DNA of 19,260 nucleotides, taken from Gemmatimonadota bacterium (GTDB lineage Bacteria; Gemmatimonadota; Gemmatimonadetes; Palauibacterales; Palauibacteraceae). Of this stretch, positions 1 to 7,911 are shown one piece after another. The first letter of the stretch is position 1, and every line of letters begins with the position of its first letter. The stretch is from the NCBI GenBank assembly GCA_046758745.1, contig JBHIAV010000049.1:1-19260 (forward strand), written 5' to 3'. Made by a program: the position numbers and the translations under genes. The notes beneath the pieces were generated by a model. The model saw nothing but the letters and a program-made list of their open reading frames with translations. It was not told the origin of the DNA and searched no databases.

Positions 1-70
1 GCCTTCGGGCGCGACGAGTGGGAGCCCTCGGGCGCGGTGAGCGGAAGCCCTCGGGCGCGGCAGACCGAGA
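1..70. repeat. Degenerate ~23-bp tandem repeat, 3 copies, possibly truncated by the window edge
   Basis: gccttcgggcgcgacgagtggga (1-23), gccctcgggcgcggtgagcggaa (24-46), gccctcgggcgcggcagaccgaga (47-70); each unit begins with a mini-hairpin GCC-(T/C)TCG-GGC. Confidence 0.7.
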
Positions 71-109
71 GCCATCGGTCTTCCGGTACAGGCCACGTCT
101 CCTGCGCCC

Positions 110-802
110 CTAGCTCGCCAGCAGGTGGGCCCCCTCGATGGTGAGCAGGCGCTTCTTGTACTCCACTCCGCCTCCGTATCCGCCGAGCGACCCGTCGCGC
201 CGAACGATCCGGTGGCAGGGAACGACGATCGCCACCGGATTGTGCCCCAGCGCGTTCCCCACCGCGCGGGCCGCTTTCGGCTTCCCGATCCGGCGGGCGA
301 GCTCCGAGTAGCACACCACCTCTCCCGGCGGGATTCTCCGTGCCGCCTCGAGGACGCGCTGCTCGAACTCGGACAGCGAGCTTAGGTCCACCGGGAGGTC
401 GAAGCAGGCCCGCTGGCCGGCGAAGTACTCCCGCAACTCCCGCTCCGCCTCGCCCAGCGCGTTGGGATCCCGGATCACCGGACGGCCCGGGAAACGTCGC
501 TCGAGCTGCTTGGCGAACGCGTCCGGGCCGGGCTGCTGCCAAGAGACCCGCACCAGGCCGGCCGACGTGGCGGCCACGTACATCGTGCCGAAGGGCGTCT
601 CGAAGCTGTGCCACCGGATCGCGTCATCGCAGCCGCAGTCCGGAAGGGCCAGGCTTAGCGCCCGGAAGTCGGCCGCCTGCTCACAGCACTCCTCGCACTC
701 CCCGAGGTGCTCCGCCACCTCGAGCTCCTCCGCCACCTCGAGGTCCCCGGCGACGAAGGCGAGGAGCTGGTCTTCCGTGCACTCACACAGTTCGCCGCTC
801 AT
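110..802 (-). CDS. ogt: Fusion protein: N-terminal zinc-binding anti-sigma (ZAS/zf-HC2) domain plus methylated-DNA--protein-cysteine methyltransferase (Ogt-like), 230 aa
   Basis: N-terminus has C8-x23-HLGECEEC (HxxxCxxC). C-terminal part has ETPFGTM, EYFAGQRACFDLPVD, YSELARRIGKPKAARAVG and the active site NPVAIVVPCHRIV..GSLGGYGGG. ATG at 802 overlaps the sigma stop (ATGA) and has GGGAG upstream; the ORF track begins 7 codons earlier at 823. Confidence 0.9.
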   Translation of the reverse strand: MSGELCECTEDQLLAFVAGDLEVAEELEVAEHLGECEECCEQAADFRALSLALPDCGCDDAIRWHSFETPFGTMYVAATSAGLVRVSWQQPGPDAFAKQLERRFPGRPVIRDPNALGEAERELREYFAGQRACFDLPVDLSSLSEFEQRVLEAARRIPPGEVVCYSELARRIGKPKAARAVGNALGHNPVAIVVPCHRIVRRDGSLGGYGGGVEYKKRLLTIEGAHLLAS

Positions 803-1422
803 GAAGCATTCTCCCTCTGCCACAGCTCGAACAGCTCCGCCCGAAGCCGCTTCATCCCCTGGAATACGTTGGCCCTGGCGCTCTCAACCGAGGAGTCGAT
901 CTCTCTGGCGATCGTCTCGTAGTCGCGGCCCTCGACCCAGCGGAGCCACACCGCCTCTCGCTGCTTCCGGGGCAGACTGGCAACGTGCTCGCGCACGCGG
1001 CGGCGCGCCTGCTCGCTCAGCACGCCGAGCCCCTCGTCGGGCGCCCGCCGGTCGGGCGCCAGGCGGAACCCTTTTCCATCGAGTAAGGCGCAGCGGCGAT
1101 GGTCCTTGGCCAGCCGGTCCAGCGCCGCGTTGGTGGCCACGCGGTACAGCCACGCCCGGACGTTGGAGCCCGGGCCGGTGTCGGGAGGCCTCCGGTACGC
1201 GGTGATCCACAGCTCTTGGAGGACGTCCTCCGCGTCGGCTTCGGCGCCCAACATCCGGGTGAGATGGCGCCGGAGCTCGCTGCCGTGCCGCTCGATCCAC
1301 CCCTCGAGACCACGGTCCACCGGAGCACACTCGAAAGGCTCCGGCGGCGTGCATTCCTCCTCCTCCGCTCGCGGCGCGGTGTCGGAGGCCGCCCGAGACG
1401 CTCGGGCGGGGGCCTCGTTCAC
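799..1422 (-). CDS. ECF-family (sigma-70 group 4) RNA polymerase sigma factor
   Basis: Region 2: [14 protein letters not shown]...[17 protein letters not shown]. Region 4: [46 protein letters not shown] start at 1422 inferred from its GTGA overlap with the upstream small ORF; the exact start is uncertain. Confidence 0.9.
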   Translation of the reverse strand: MNEAPARASRAASDTAPRAEEEECTPPEPFECAPVDRGLEGWIERHGSELRRHLTRMLGAEADAEDVLQELWITAYRRPPDTGPGSNVRAWLYRVATNAALDRLAKDHRRCALLDGKGFRLAPDRRAPDEGLGVLSEQARRRVREHVASLPRKQREAVWLRWVEGRDYETIAREIDSSVESARANVFQGMKRLRAELFELWQRENAS

Positions 1423-1556
1423 GTCAGAGCGCCCGCCGACGCGGCCAGCACCAGACCGAGATGGTCGAACAGCACCACCGGAACGAGGAAGCTCACCGTC
1501 ACGAGGAACACTCCGCCCCTCAACACGCTCGCGATCGTTGCTGCGCTCACCGACAT
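1419..1556 (-). CDS. Small hydrophobic (putative membrane) protein, 45 aa, absent from the ORF track
   Basis: Translated by hand: [45 protein letters not shown]. Strong SD GGGGAGGTGA just upstream of ATG 1556; its TGA overlaps the GTG start of the sigma gene. Confidence 0.65.
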   Translation of the reverse strand: MSVSAATIASVLRGGVFLVTVSFLVPVVLFDHLGLVLAASAGALT

Positions 1557-1753
1557 CGTTCACCTCCCCGCCGCAATCGCCGATCATCCGGCCTCCAACC
1601 TTACCGTCTTCGCCCATGTAACTGCTCGGGGAGGGAAGGTGTGAAATCGGCCGCCGGCTGCTCCGGGACCGAGCGCCCGATGGGTTCCGTCTCACACGCT
1701 AAACCCGCTCCCTCGGGCCGTCCAGCGCCCAGCGGTCCGACAGCGGCTTTCCG

Positions 1754-1783
1754 TTGCCGCCCGCGCCGCCCGGCCCGTAACTT
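1754..1783 (+). promoter_or_regulatory. Candidate sigma-70 promoter for the acyl-CoA operon
   Basis: TTGCCG (1754-1759)-N18-TAACTT (1778-1783), about 110 nt upstream of ATG 1893. Confidence 0.3.
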
Positions 1784-1892
1784 GGCGGCGTCGCCGGCAC
1801 CGCCTCGTGCCTCGCGGCCGCTGCGGCGGGCGGTGGGGCCCTCGATCTGCCGCTTCCCGGCGCCACCATCAGCACGACAGGAACGGAATCGA

Positions 1893-2312
1893 ATGCCCGA
1901 GAGAAAGATCCGAGTCCTCGTCGCCAAGCCCGGTCTGGATGGGCACGATCGGGGCGCGAAGGTGATCGCGGCCGCTCTCCGGGACGCGGGGATGGAGGTG
2001 ATCTACACGGGGCTGCACCAGACGCCGGAGCGGATCGCCGCGACGGCCCTTCAGGAGGATGTGGATGTCGTTGCCATGTCGATACTTTCCGGAGCTCACA
2101 TGACCTTGTTCCCCAAGGTGCGGCGCTTGCTGGAGGAGAAGGGCCTCGGCGACGTGCTGATCACGGGCGGCGGAATCATCCCGGCCGAGGACATGGCGAA
2201 GCTCGAAGAGCTGGGGATCGGCCGCCTCTTCGGTCCGGGCACTTCCACCTCGGAGGCGGTGAGCTACATCCGCGATTGGTTCGCCCGGCACCGGGGCGCG
2301 GAAGAGACGTGA
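1893..2312 (+). CDS. Cobalamin-binding small subunit of a methylmalonyl-CoA/isobutyryl-CoA mutase-type enzyme
   Basis: [35 protein letters not shown] (DxHxxG B12 motif), SILSGAH, GGGIIP, LFGPGT. Start taken at ATG 1893 within ORF 1461..2312. Confidence 0.93.
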   Translation: MPERKIRVLVAKPGLDGHDRGAKVIAAALRDAGMEVIYTGLHQTPERIAATALQEDVDVVAMSILSGAHMTLFPKVRRLLEEKGLGDVLITGGGIIPAEDMAKLEELGIGRLFGPGTSTSEAVSYIRDWFARHRGAEET

Positions 2313-2338
2313 AGCAGGCGTCGGAAAGAGGAGACCGG

Positions 2339-3952
2339 ATGCCGCCCGCCGGCTCCCGCATGGCCTCCCTCGTCGAGGAGGTGCGGCGCCTTGAGGCCCG
2401 TGTCCGCCGCGGCGGCGGAGAGAAGCGTATCGAGCGTCAGCACGCCCAGGGGAAGCTCACGGCCCGGGAGCGGATCGAGCTGCTCCTCGACCCCGGCGGC
2501 GGGTTTCTCGAGATCGGGCTGCTGGTGGCGTATGACCGGTACGATGGCGGGGCTCCGGCCGCGGGCGTGGTCACCGGCATCGCGGAGGTGGCCGGCCGAG
2601 CGGTGGTGGTGGTGGCGAACGACGCTACGGTGAAGGCCGGAAGCTGGTGGCCGGAGACGATCACCAAGATTCTCCGCGCCCAGGAGATCGCCATGCGGTG
2701 CCGCGTCCCGATCCTGTATCTGGTGGACTCGGCCGGGGTGAACCTTCCGTATCAGGGCGGCGTCTTCCCAGGGCAGTACGGGGCGAGCCGGATCTTCTAC
2801 TACAATTCGATCATGCGGCACTATCTGGACGTGCCGCAGCTCTCGGCCGTGATGGGACCATGCATCGCGGGCGGGGCGTACCTCCCGGCCCTCTCCGACC
2901 AGATTGTGATGGTCGAGGGGACGAGCTTCATGGGGCTGGGCGGTCCGAACTTGGTGAAGGGCGCCACTGGACAGCAGGTCGAGTCCGATGAGCTGGGCGG
3001 CGCCGCGACCCACACGGGAATCAGCGGCGTGGCCCACTACCGGGTTCCGGACGATCGGGCGTGCATCGAGAAGCTGCGGGATCTGGTGGGGGACCTGCCG
3101 CCATCGACCCTTCCTCCGCCGGCGGATGCTCCTCGCGAGCCCGCACGTCCGGCCGGGGACGCCTACTCGCTGATGCCGGATGACCACCGGCAGCCGTACG
3201 ACATGCGAGCGCTGCTCGACACCTTCCTCGACGGTGGGCGCTTCGACGAGTTCCAGGCGGATTATGCGCCCGAGATGCTCACCGCGGTGAGCCGGCTCAA
3301 CGGTCGGCGGGTGGGCGTCATCGCGAACCGTCGCGGCATGTTTCGCACCGGGTCCGGAAGCCCGCCACGCTTCGGCGGCATCGTCTACGCGGACAGCGCC
3401 GAGAAGGTCGCCTATTTCATGGAGGTGTGCGACCGCCAGCGCATCCCGCTGCTCTTCGTGCAGGACGTGAGCGGCTTCATGGTGGGCGTGGAGGCGGAGC
3501 ATTCCGGGATCATCCGGGCGGGTGCCCTCATGGTCGAATCGATGGCCACGGCGCGCGTCCCCAAGATCGTGCTGACGGTGAACCACGCGAGCGGTGCGGG
3601 CTACTATGCGATGGCGGGGCAGGGCTTCGACCCCGACTTCATCTTCACATGGCCCACCGGTCGCATGGGAGTGATGGAGGGTGACTCCGCTGTGCGCGCG
3701 ATCTACGGGCGGAAGATGGACGAGGCCGTCGAGGCGGAGGCTCCTCTCGATCCGGAGACGGCGGCGGCGATCGAGAACACGCGGGCCGACTACGAGCAGC
3801 AGCTCGACGCGCGATACGCGGCGGCGCGGGGTTTCGCGGACGCGATCCTCGCGCCCGAGGATACGCGCGACGCGCTCGACCTCGCCCTGCGCTGCGCCCT
3901 GCACAACCCGGGGCCTCACATCGGACCCTTCACCTTGCCGGCCGGTGTGTGA
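2339..3952 (+). CDS. Acyl-CoA carboxylase carboxyltransferase (beta) subunit, MccB/LiuB/AtuC-like
   Basis: QHAQGKLTARERIELLLD, VANDATVKAGSW, LVDSAG, GPCIAGGAY, GGPNLVK, QDVSGFMVG, GAGYYAM. SD GAGGAG precedes ATG 2339; an alternative GTG at 2309 overlaps the upstream stop. Confidence 0.92.
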   Translation: MPPAGSRMASLVEEVRRLEARVRRGGGEKRIERQHAQGKLTARERIELLLDPGGGFLEIGLLVAYDRYDGGAPAAGVVTGIAEVAGRAVVVVANDATVKAGSWWPETITKILRAQEIAMRCRVPILYLVDSAGVNLPYQGGVFPGQYGASRIFYYNSIMRHYLDVPQLSAVMGPCIAGGAYLPALSDQIVMVEGTSFMGLGGPNLVKGATGQQVESDELGGAATHTGISGVAHYRVPDDRACIEKLRDLVGDLPPSTLPPPADAPREPARPAGDAYSLMPDDHRQPYDMRALLDTFLDGGRFDEFQADYAPEMLTAVSRLNGRRVGVIANRRGMFRTGSGSPPRFGGIVYADSAEKVAYFMEVCDRQRIPLLFVQDVSGFMVGVEAEHSGIIRAGALMVESMATARVPKIVLTVNHASGAGYYAMAGQGFDPDFIFTWPTGRMGVMEGDSAVRAIYGRKMDEAVEAEAPLDPETAAAIENTRADYEQQLDARYAAARGFADAILAPEDTRDALDLALRCALHNPGPHIGPFTLPAGV

Positions 3953-5354
3953 GCCCGCGCGGCTTGGGCGTCCGAGCGTCGGCCGGCGGGACACCGTGCG
4001 CGTCGGCTCCGGCCAGGGCTTCTGGGGGGACTGGCAGGAGGCGCCGAAGCTCCAGGTCCGCTGCGGACCCATCGACTATCTGATGCTCGACTACCTGGCC
4101 GAGATCACCATGTCGATCCTCCACAAGCAGCGGGAGCGGGATCCTTCGGCCGGCTATGCGCGCGACTTCGTCCCTCTCATAGTCGAGCTCGCGCCGGAGA
4201 TCATCGAGAAGGGAGTGCGGGTGGTGAGCAACGCGGGGGGGGTGAACCCGATGGCCTGCCGCGAGGCACTCGTGGCAGCGCTTCGGGAGCGGGATACACC
4301 CCGCCCGCTCCGCATCGCCACCGTCGGCGGCGACGACCTGATGGAACGGCTCGATGCCCTCTGGGAGGCCGGTCACGAGCTCCGCAACATGGAGACGGGG
4401 GAGCCGCTCGCCGTCGTGCGCGAGCGAGTGGAGAGCGCGAACGCCTATCTCGGCGCGGCGCCCATCATCGAGGCCCTCGGTCGGGGGGCCGACGTGGTGA
4501 TCACCGGCCGCTCCACCGATACGGCGCTTACCTACGCTCCACTGGCGTACGAGTTCGGATGGCCGTCCGACGCGTGGGACCTCCTCGCGTCCGGGGTGGT
4601 GGCCGGCCACATCAACGAGTGTGGCGCCCAGGCCACCGGCGGCAACACGCTGTACGACTGGCGGAGGGTGGACCTGGTGAGTCCCGGCTACCCCATCATC
4701 GAGGCGAGTCAGGACGGGAGCTTCGTCGTCACCAAGCATTCATCGCTCGGCGGCCGCGTGAACTGGGCGAGCGTCACGGAGCAGCTCGTGTACGAGATGG
4801 GCGACCCCTCCGAGTACATCACGCCGGACTGCATCGCCGACTTCACGACCGTCCGGCTTGAGGATCTCGGAGCGGACCGCGTGCGAGTGTCGGGAATCCG
4901 CGGCCGACCGCGCACGGACACACTGAAAGTTTCGATCGCCTACCACGATGGCTGGAAGGCGGTCGGCACCCTCACCTACGCCTGGCCGGAAGCGCTCGAC
5001 AAGGCGCGGCGGGCCGATGAGGTCCTGCGCGGCCGCCTGGGGCGGCTCGGACTGGCGTTCGACGAGATCCGGACGGAGTTCATCGGGGCCGGCGCGTGCC
5101 ACGGTCCCCTGGCCGGCGAGCCCTCCCCCGACCTGGCCGAGGTCGAGCTGCGGGTGGGGGTGCGAAGCGGCGACCGGGCTGCCGTCGATCGCTTCACGCG
5201 GGAGCTCTCGCCGCTCATCCTCGCGGGACCGCCTACGGTGACCGGCTTTGCCGCTGGACGCCCGCGCGTCCAGGAGGTGATGGCGTACTGGCCCGCCCTC
5301 ATCGACCGCGGCGTGGTCGAGTCGGAGGTTCGTGTGGAGTGCATCGAAGCGTGA
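3945..5354 (+). CDS. Acyclic terpene utilization AtuA-family protein (DUF1446), N-terminal part
   Basis: VRVGSGQGFWGD, DYLMLDYLAEITMSIL, NAGGVNP, ANAYLGA, GADVVITGR, AGHINECGAQATGGN, EQLVYE...YITPD. Start uncertain (GTG 3945 or GTG 3996). Confidence 0.88.
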   Translation: MCEPARLGRPSVGRRDTVRVGSGQGFWGDWQEAPKLQVRCGPIDYLMLDYLAEITMSILHKQRERDPSAGYARDFVPLIVELAPEIIEKGVRVVSNAGGVNPMACREALVAALRERDTPRPLRIATVGGDDLMERLDALWEAGHELRNMETGEPLAVVRERVESANAYLGAAPIIEALGRGADVVITGRSTDTALTYAPLAYEFGWPSDAWDLLASGVVAGHINECGAQATGGNTLYDWRRVDLVSPGYPIIEASQDGSFVVTKHSSLGGRVNWASVTEQLVYEMGDPSEYITPDCIADFTTVRLEDLGADRVRVSGIRGRPRTDTLKVSIAYHDGWKAVGTLTYAWPEALDKARRADEVLRGRLGRLGLAFDEIRTEFIGAGACHGPLAGEPSPDLAEVELRVGVRSGDRAAVDRFTRELSPLILAGPPTVTGFAAGRPRVQEVMAYWPALIDRGVVESEVRVECIEA

Positions 5355-5392
5355 GGAAGCCCGCCTTGGCGGCAACGTGTGGCGAGCCCGCC

Positions 5393-5458
5393 GGCGGGAG
5401 GAAACCGCGGCGCACCGATCCGAGGGGCGGGAGGAAACCGCGGCGCACCGATCCGAGG
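5393..5458. repeat. Perfect 33-bp tandem duplication in an intergenic spacer
   Basis: ggcgggaggaaaccgcggcgcaccgatccgagg at 5393-5425 and 5426-5458. Confidence 0.95.
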
Positions 5459-5511
5459 AGTGGGGGCTTGAGGGTCTCGCCCCGCGCTGCGGGGGTCCGG
5501 ACGAGCCCGGC

Positions 5512-5967
5512 ATGAAGATCCCGCTCCGGGCCGTGGCGATCGCCCGTTCTGGCGACAAGGGCGACACGGCCAACATCGGCCTCATCGCTCTGACGGAGGA
5601 GCTCTATCCGGTGCTCGCGCGCGAGGTTACGGCGGAGCGAGTGAAGGAGCACTTCCGCGGCATCTGTCACGGGCAGGTCGAGCGCTTCGAGCTCCCGAAC
5701 CTGCGAGCGCTCAACTTCCTCCTCCACCGATCGCTCGGCGGCGGAGGTACCGTCTCTCTCATGCTCGACGCCCAGGGAAAGACGTTCGGCGCCGCGCTCC
5801 TCCGGATGCGCATCGAGGCGCCGGAGGAGATGGTGGCGCGCGCGGCCGAGAGCGTGCGCGGCATCGACGAGCACGCGTCTGGGGCTCCTGCCGAAGCAGG
5901 GAGGGACGCCGACCCCGAGAGGGCTCACGATGCCGGACCCCCGAACTCCGAGACGGCCCATGTATGA
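5512..5967 (+). CDS. AtuA C-terminal-domain-like small protein
   Basis: MKIPLRAVAIARSGDKGDTANIGLI...VERFELPNLRALNFLLHRSLGGGGTVSLMLDAQGKTFG resembles the ARSGDKG C-terminal module of AtuA; low-complexity C-terminal tail. Confidence 0.85.
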   Translation: MKIPLRAVAIARSGDKGDTANIGLIALTEELYPVLAREVTAERVKEHFRGICHGQVERFELPNLRALNFLLHRSLGGGGTVSLMLDAQGKTFGAALLRMRIEAPEEMVARAAESVRGIDEHASGAPAEAGRDADPERAHDAGPPNSETAHV

Positions 5968-6724
5968 GAACCTTCTGACCTCGGTGGACGAGGCGATCGG
6001 CGTCTCGCGCATCGTCCTCAACCGGCCCGAGCGCCGCAACGCGCTGAGCGCCGGCCTCGTGTCCGATCTCAAGGACGCCCTCGCCTTCGCGGAGGCGGAC
6101 GACCGGGTGCGTGCCATCGCGCTCGGCGGAGCCGGTCCCGATTTCTGCGCCGGAGCCGACCTGAGGGAGGTGCAGGCTTCAGTGGAAGAGGGAGTCCTGA
6201 GCAGTCTGGCCGACGCCGAGTCGCTCGGCGAACTCTTTCTCCTCCTGCGCCGGCTCTCCAAGCCGGTGGTGGCGCAGGTGCAGGGCCGGGCCCTCGCCGG
6301 CGGCTGCGGGCTGGCCACCGCGTGCGATCTGGTGGTGGCCTCCTCCGACGCCCGCTTCGGCTACCCGGAGGTGAAGCTCGGCTTCGTCGCCGCCATGGTG
6401 ATGGCGATCCTCCGCCGGACGGTCTCCGAGAGGCGCGCCTTCGAGCTGATCGTGCTCGGCGACACGATCGGCGCCGAGGAGGCCCGGCAGCTCGGCCTCG
6501 TGAACCGTGTTCTTCCGGCGACGGAGTTCGAAGAGAAGGCGAGCGATTTCGTCGCCGAGCTGGCGACGCGCAGCAGCTCCGCCGTCGCCCTCTCCAAGCG
6601 ACTGCTGTATCAGATCGACGGGGCGAGCTTCGATGCGGCGATCCAGGCGGGCGCCGAGGTCAACGCGATCGCGCGGCTGACCGAAGATTGTCAGGAGGGG
6701 ATCCGCAGCTTTCTGGAACGGTAA
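5960..6724 (+). CDS. Enoyl-CoA hydratase/isomerase family, methylglutaconyl-CoA hydratase-like
   Basis: LNRPERRNAL, FCAGADL, ALAGGCGLATACD (Gly at the first catalytic Glu position), FGYPEVKLG. ATG 5960 overlaps the upstream gene end. Confidence 0.88.
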   Translation: MYENLLTSVDEAIGVSRIVLNRPERRNALSAGLVSDLKDALAFAEADDRVRAIALGGAGPDFCAGADLREVQASVEEGVLSSLADAESLGELFLLLRRLSKPVVAQVQGRALAGGCGLATACDLVVASSDARFGYPEVKLGFVAAMVMAILRRTVSERRAFELIVLGDTIGAEEARQLGLVNRVLPATEFEEKASDFVAELATRSSSAVALSKRLLYQIDGASFDAAIQAGAEVNAIARLTEDCQEGIRSFLER

Positions 6725-6766
6725 GGGACGGGAACGGGGAACGCCGAGGAGATAACCGAAGCGACC

Positions 6767-7501
6767 ATGGAAACGGGGACTACGGAGGCCTCCCACGCCG
6801 GAGGCGACGCGGCGAACGTGGAGTCAGGCTCGGGAGTGACGGTCGACCGTGAGGGGACACTTCGGCTCTCCCGGGCCTCGGCCGCGTTCCTCCGGGTTCT
6901 GGCCTTGGCGAGCGCCGTGGCCGGGGCGTGGCTCATCGATGGTGCCAGCCGGGCCGGCCTGAGCCTCGGGATTCTCCTGCTCGTCCTCTCCCTCGGTTCG
7001 GCCGCGATCGTCCTCGGCGGGGAGACGTTCGGCCCCGACGCGGAGGGACCGCTGGATCTGAGCGCCCGCCTCGCGCTCGGCCTCCTCGGGGGCTTGCTCG
7101 CGGGACTCACCCAGGCGGCCCTCACCCGAATCGGCGGCGCGACCGGGCTCTTCGGCCTGCTCGGTGTCGGTATCGACTCCCGCCTCGCCGCTTCGGAGTG
7201 GGCGCTCCGCTGCGCGTGGGGCAGCGGGCTCGGGCTCGCCTTCGGCGTCCTCTTCCGGCGGCTCCCGGGGACGTCGTCCGTGCGACGAGGCGCTTGGTTC
7301 AGCCTCCTCCCCACCGCGTACCTGCTTCTCTACTACTATCCGATCACGCTGGGAGTCGGCCTGCTGGGGATGCGCCTCGGGTTTCTGACCCCGTTCGTCG
7401 TGGCGTTCGTCAACCTGGTGCCCGGCGCCGTGGCCGGGGCGGTGATGGGGTGGGGCGAGCGGACCGACCTGGCGCCGATCAGCCGCCCCCTCGTCGGGTG
7501 A
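6767..7501 (+). CDS. Uncharacterised multi-pass membrane protein
   Basis: Several Leu/Gly/Ala-rich hydrophobic segments (e.g. LSLGILLLVLSLGSAAIVLG, FLTPFVVAFVNLVPGAVAG); co-oriented with the operon; GAGGAG upstream. Confidence 0.7.
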   Translation: METGTTEASHAGGDAANVESGSGVTVDREGTLRLSRASAAFLRVLALASAVAGAWLIDGASRAGLSLGILLLVLSLGSAAIVLGGETFGPDAEGPLDLSARLALGLLGGLLAGLTQAALTRIGGATGLFGLLGVGIDSRLAASEWALRCAWGSGLGLAFGVLFRRLPGTSSVRRGAWFSLLPTAYLLLYYYPITLGVGLLGMRLGFLTPFVVAFVNLVPGAVAGAVMGWGERTDLAPISRPLVG

Positions 7502-7722
7502 CCGGCGGAGCCGGTGACGGCTCTCCGCGCGACTGGCTCTACCGACAGATCGGCCTGGGGCTCGCCGGCGGCCTTGTGTGGCTCGCCGGAGTCCGTTTCG
7601 AGAGCGGTGCGCTGCGAGCGGCCGGCTTCGTGCTGCTCGTGTGCGCCCTGGCTCTCCGGCTGGCGCGCCGCGCAAGCGACAGGTCGGGGGAAGAACCCGA
7701 CGACGGAGGAAATCCTCGGTAG
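7498..7722 (+). CDS. Small two-TM membrane protein, 74 aa
   Basis: C-terminal part of ORF 6928..7722; GTG 7498 overlaps the upstream TGA (GTGA); IGLGLAGGLVWLAGV and AAGFVLLVCALALRL are hydrophobic. Confidence 0.6.
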   Translation: MTGGAGDGSPRDWLYRQIGLGLAGGLVWLAGVRFESGALRAAGFVLLVCALALRLARRASDRSGEEPDDGGNPR

Positions 7723-7911
7723 GAGCGACGCCCTCCGAGTCGCTCTCCCATAGCTCGCCCTGAGGGGTTGCGGGGCCTTGGTGAAAGCGGCAGGTCGCGG
7801 CGCGACCGGGTCGGCCGGGCTTCCGCGAGGCCGAGCGATCCCGCCCGACCCGCAGCGCGCCGTTCGATGCGTCCCCCGCCGCTGCCGACGACGCCTCTCT
7901 CCGCGGCTTCT

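Noticed and set aside
1-70. Repeats at the window start as a CRISPR array
   Set aside because: The period is only 23 bp, the intervening bases resemble each other rather than forming unique 25-45 nt spacers, and no cas genes are in the window.
1423-1695. Long N-terminal extension of the ECF sigma (ORF track start 1695)
   Set aside because: Low-complexity Arg/Gly/Ser translation overlapping a better-supported small ORF with a strong SD in another frame.
1650-1892. Cobalamin riboswitch upstream of the B12-binding subunit
   Set aside because: No recognisable B12-box or conserved core motifs by eye; an Rfam/Infernal scan would settle it.
2264-4072. Long antisense ORFs (2264..4072, 10846..12204, 12110..14014, 17068..18417 and similar)
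   Set aside because: Shadow frames opposite well-supported genes in high-GC DNA, with no recognisable motifs.
5393-5458. 33-bp repeat as CRISPR repeats or IS ends
   Set aside because: Two directly abutting copies with no spacer, no transposase and no terminal inverted repeats.
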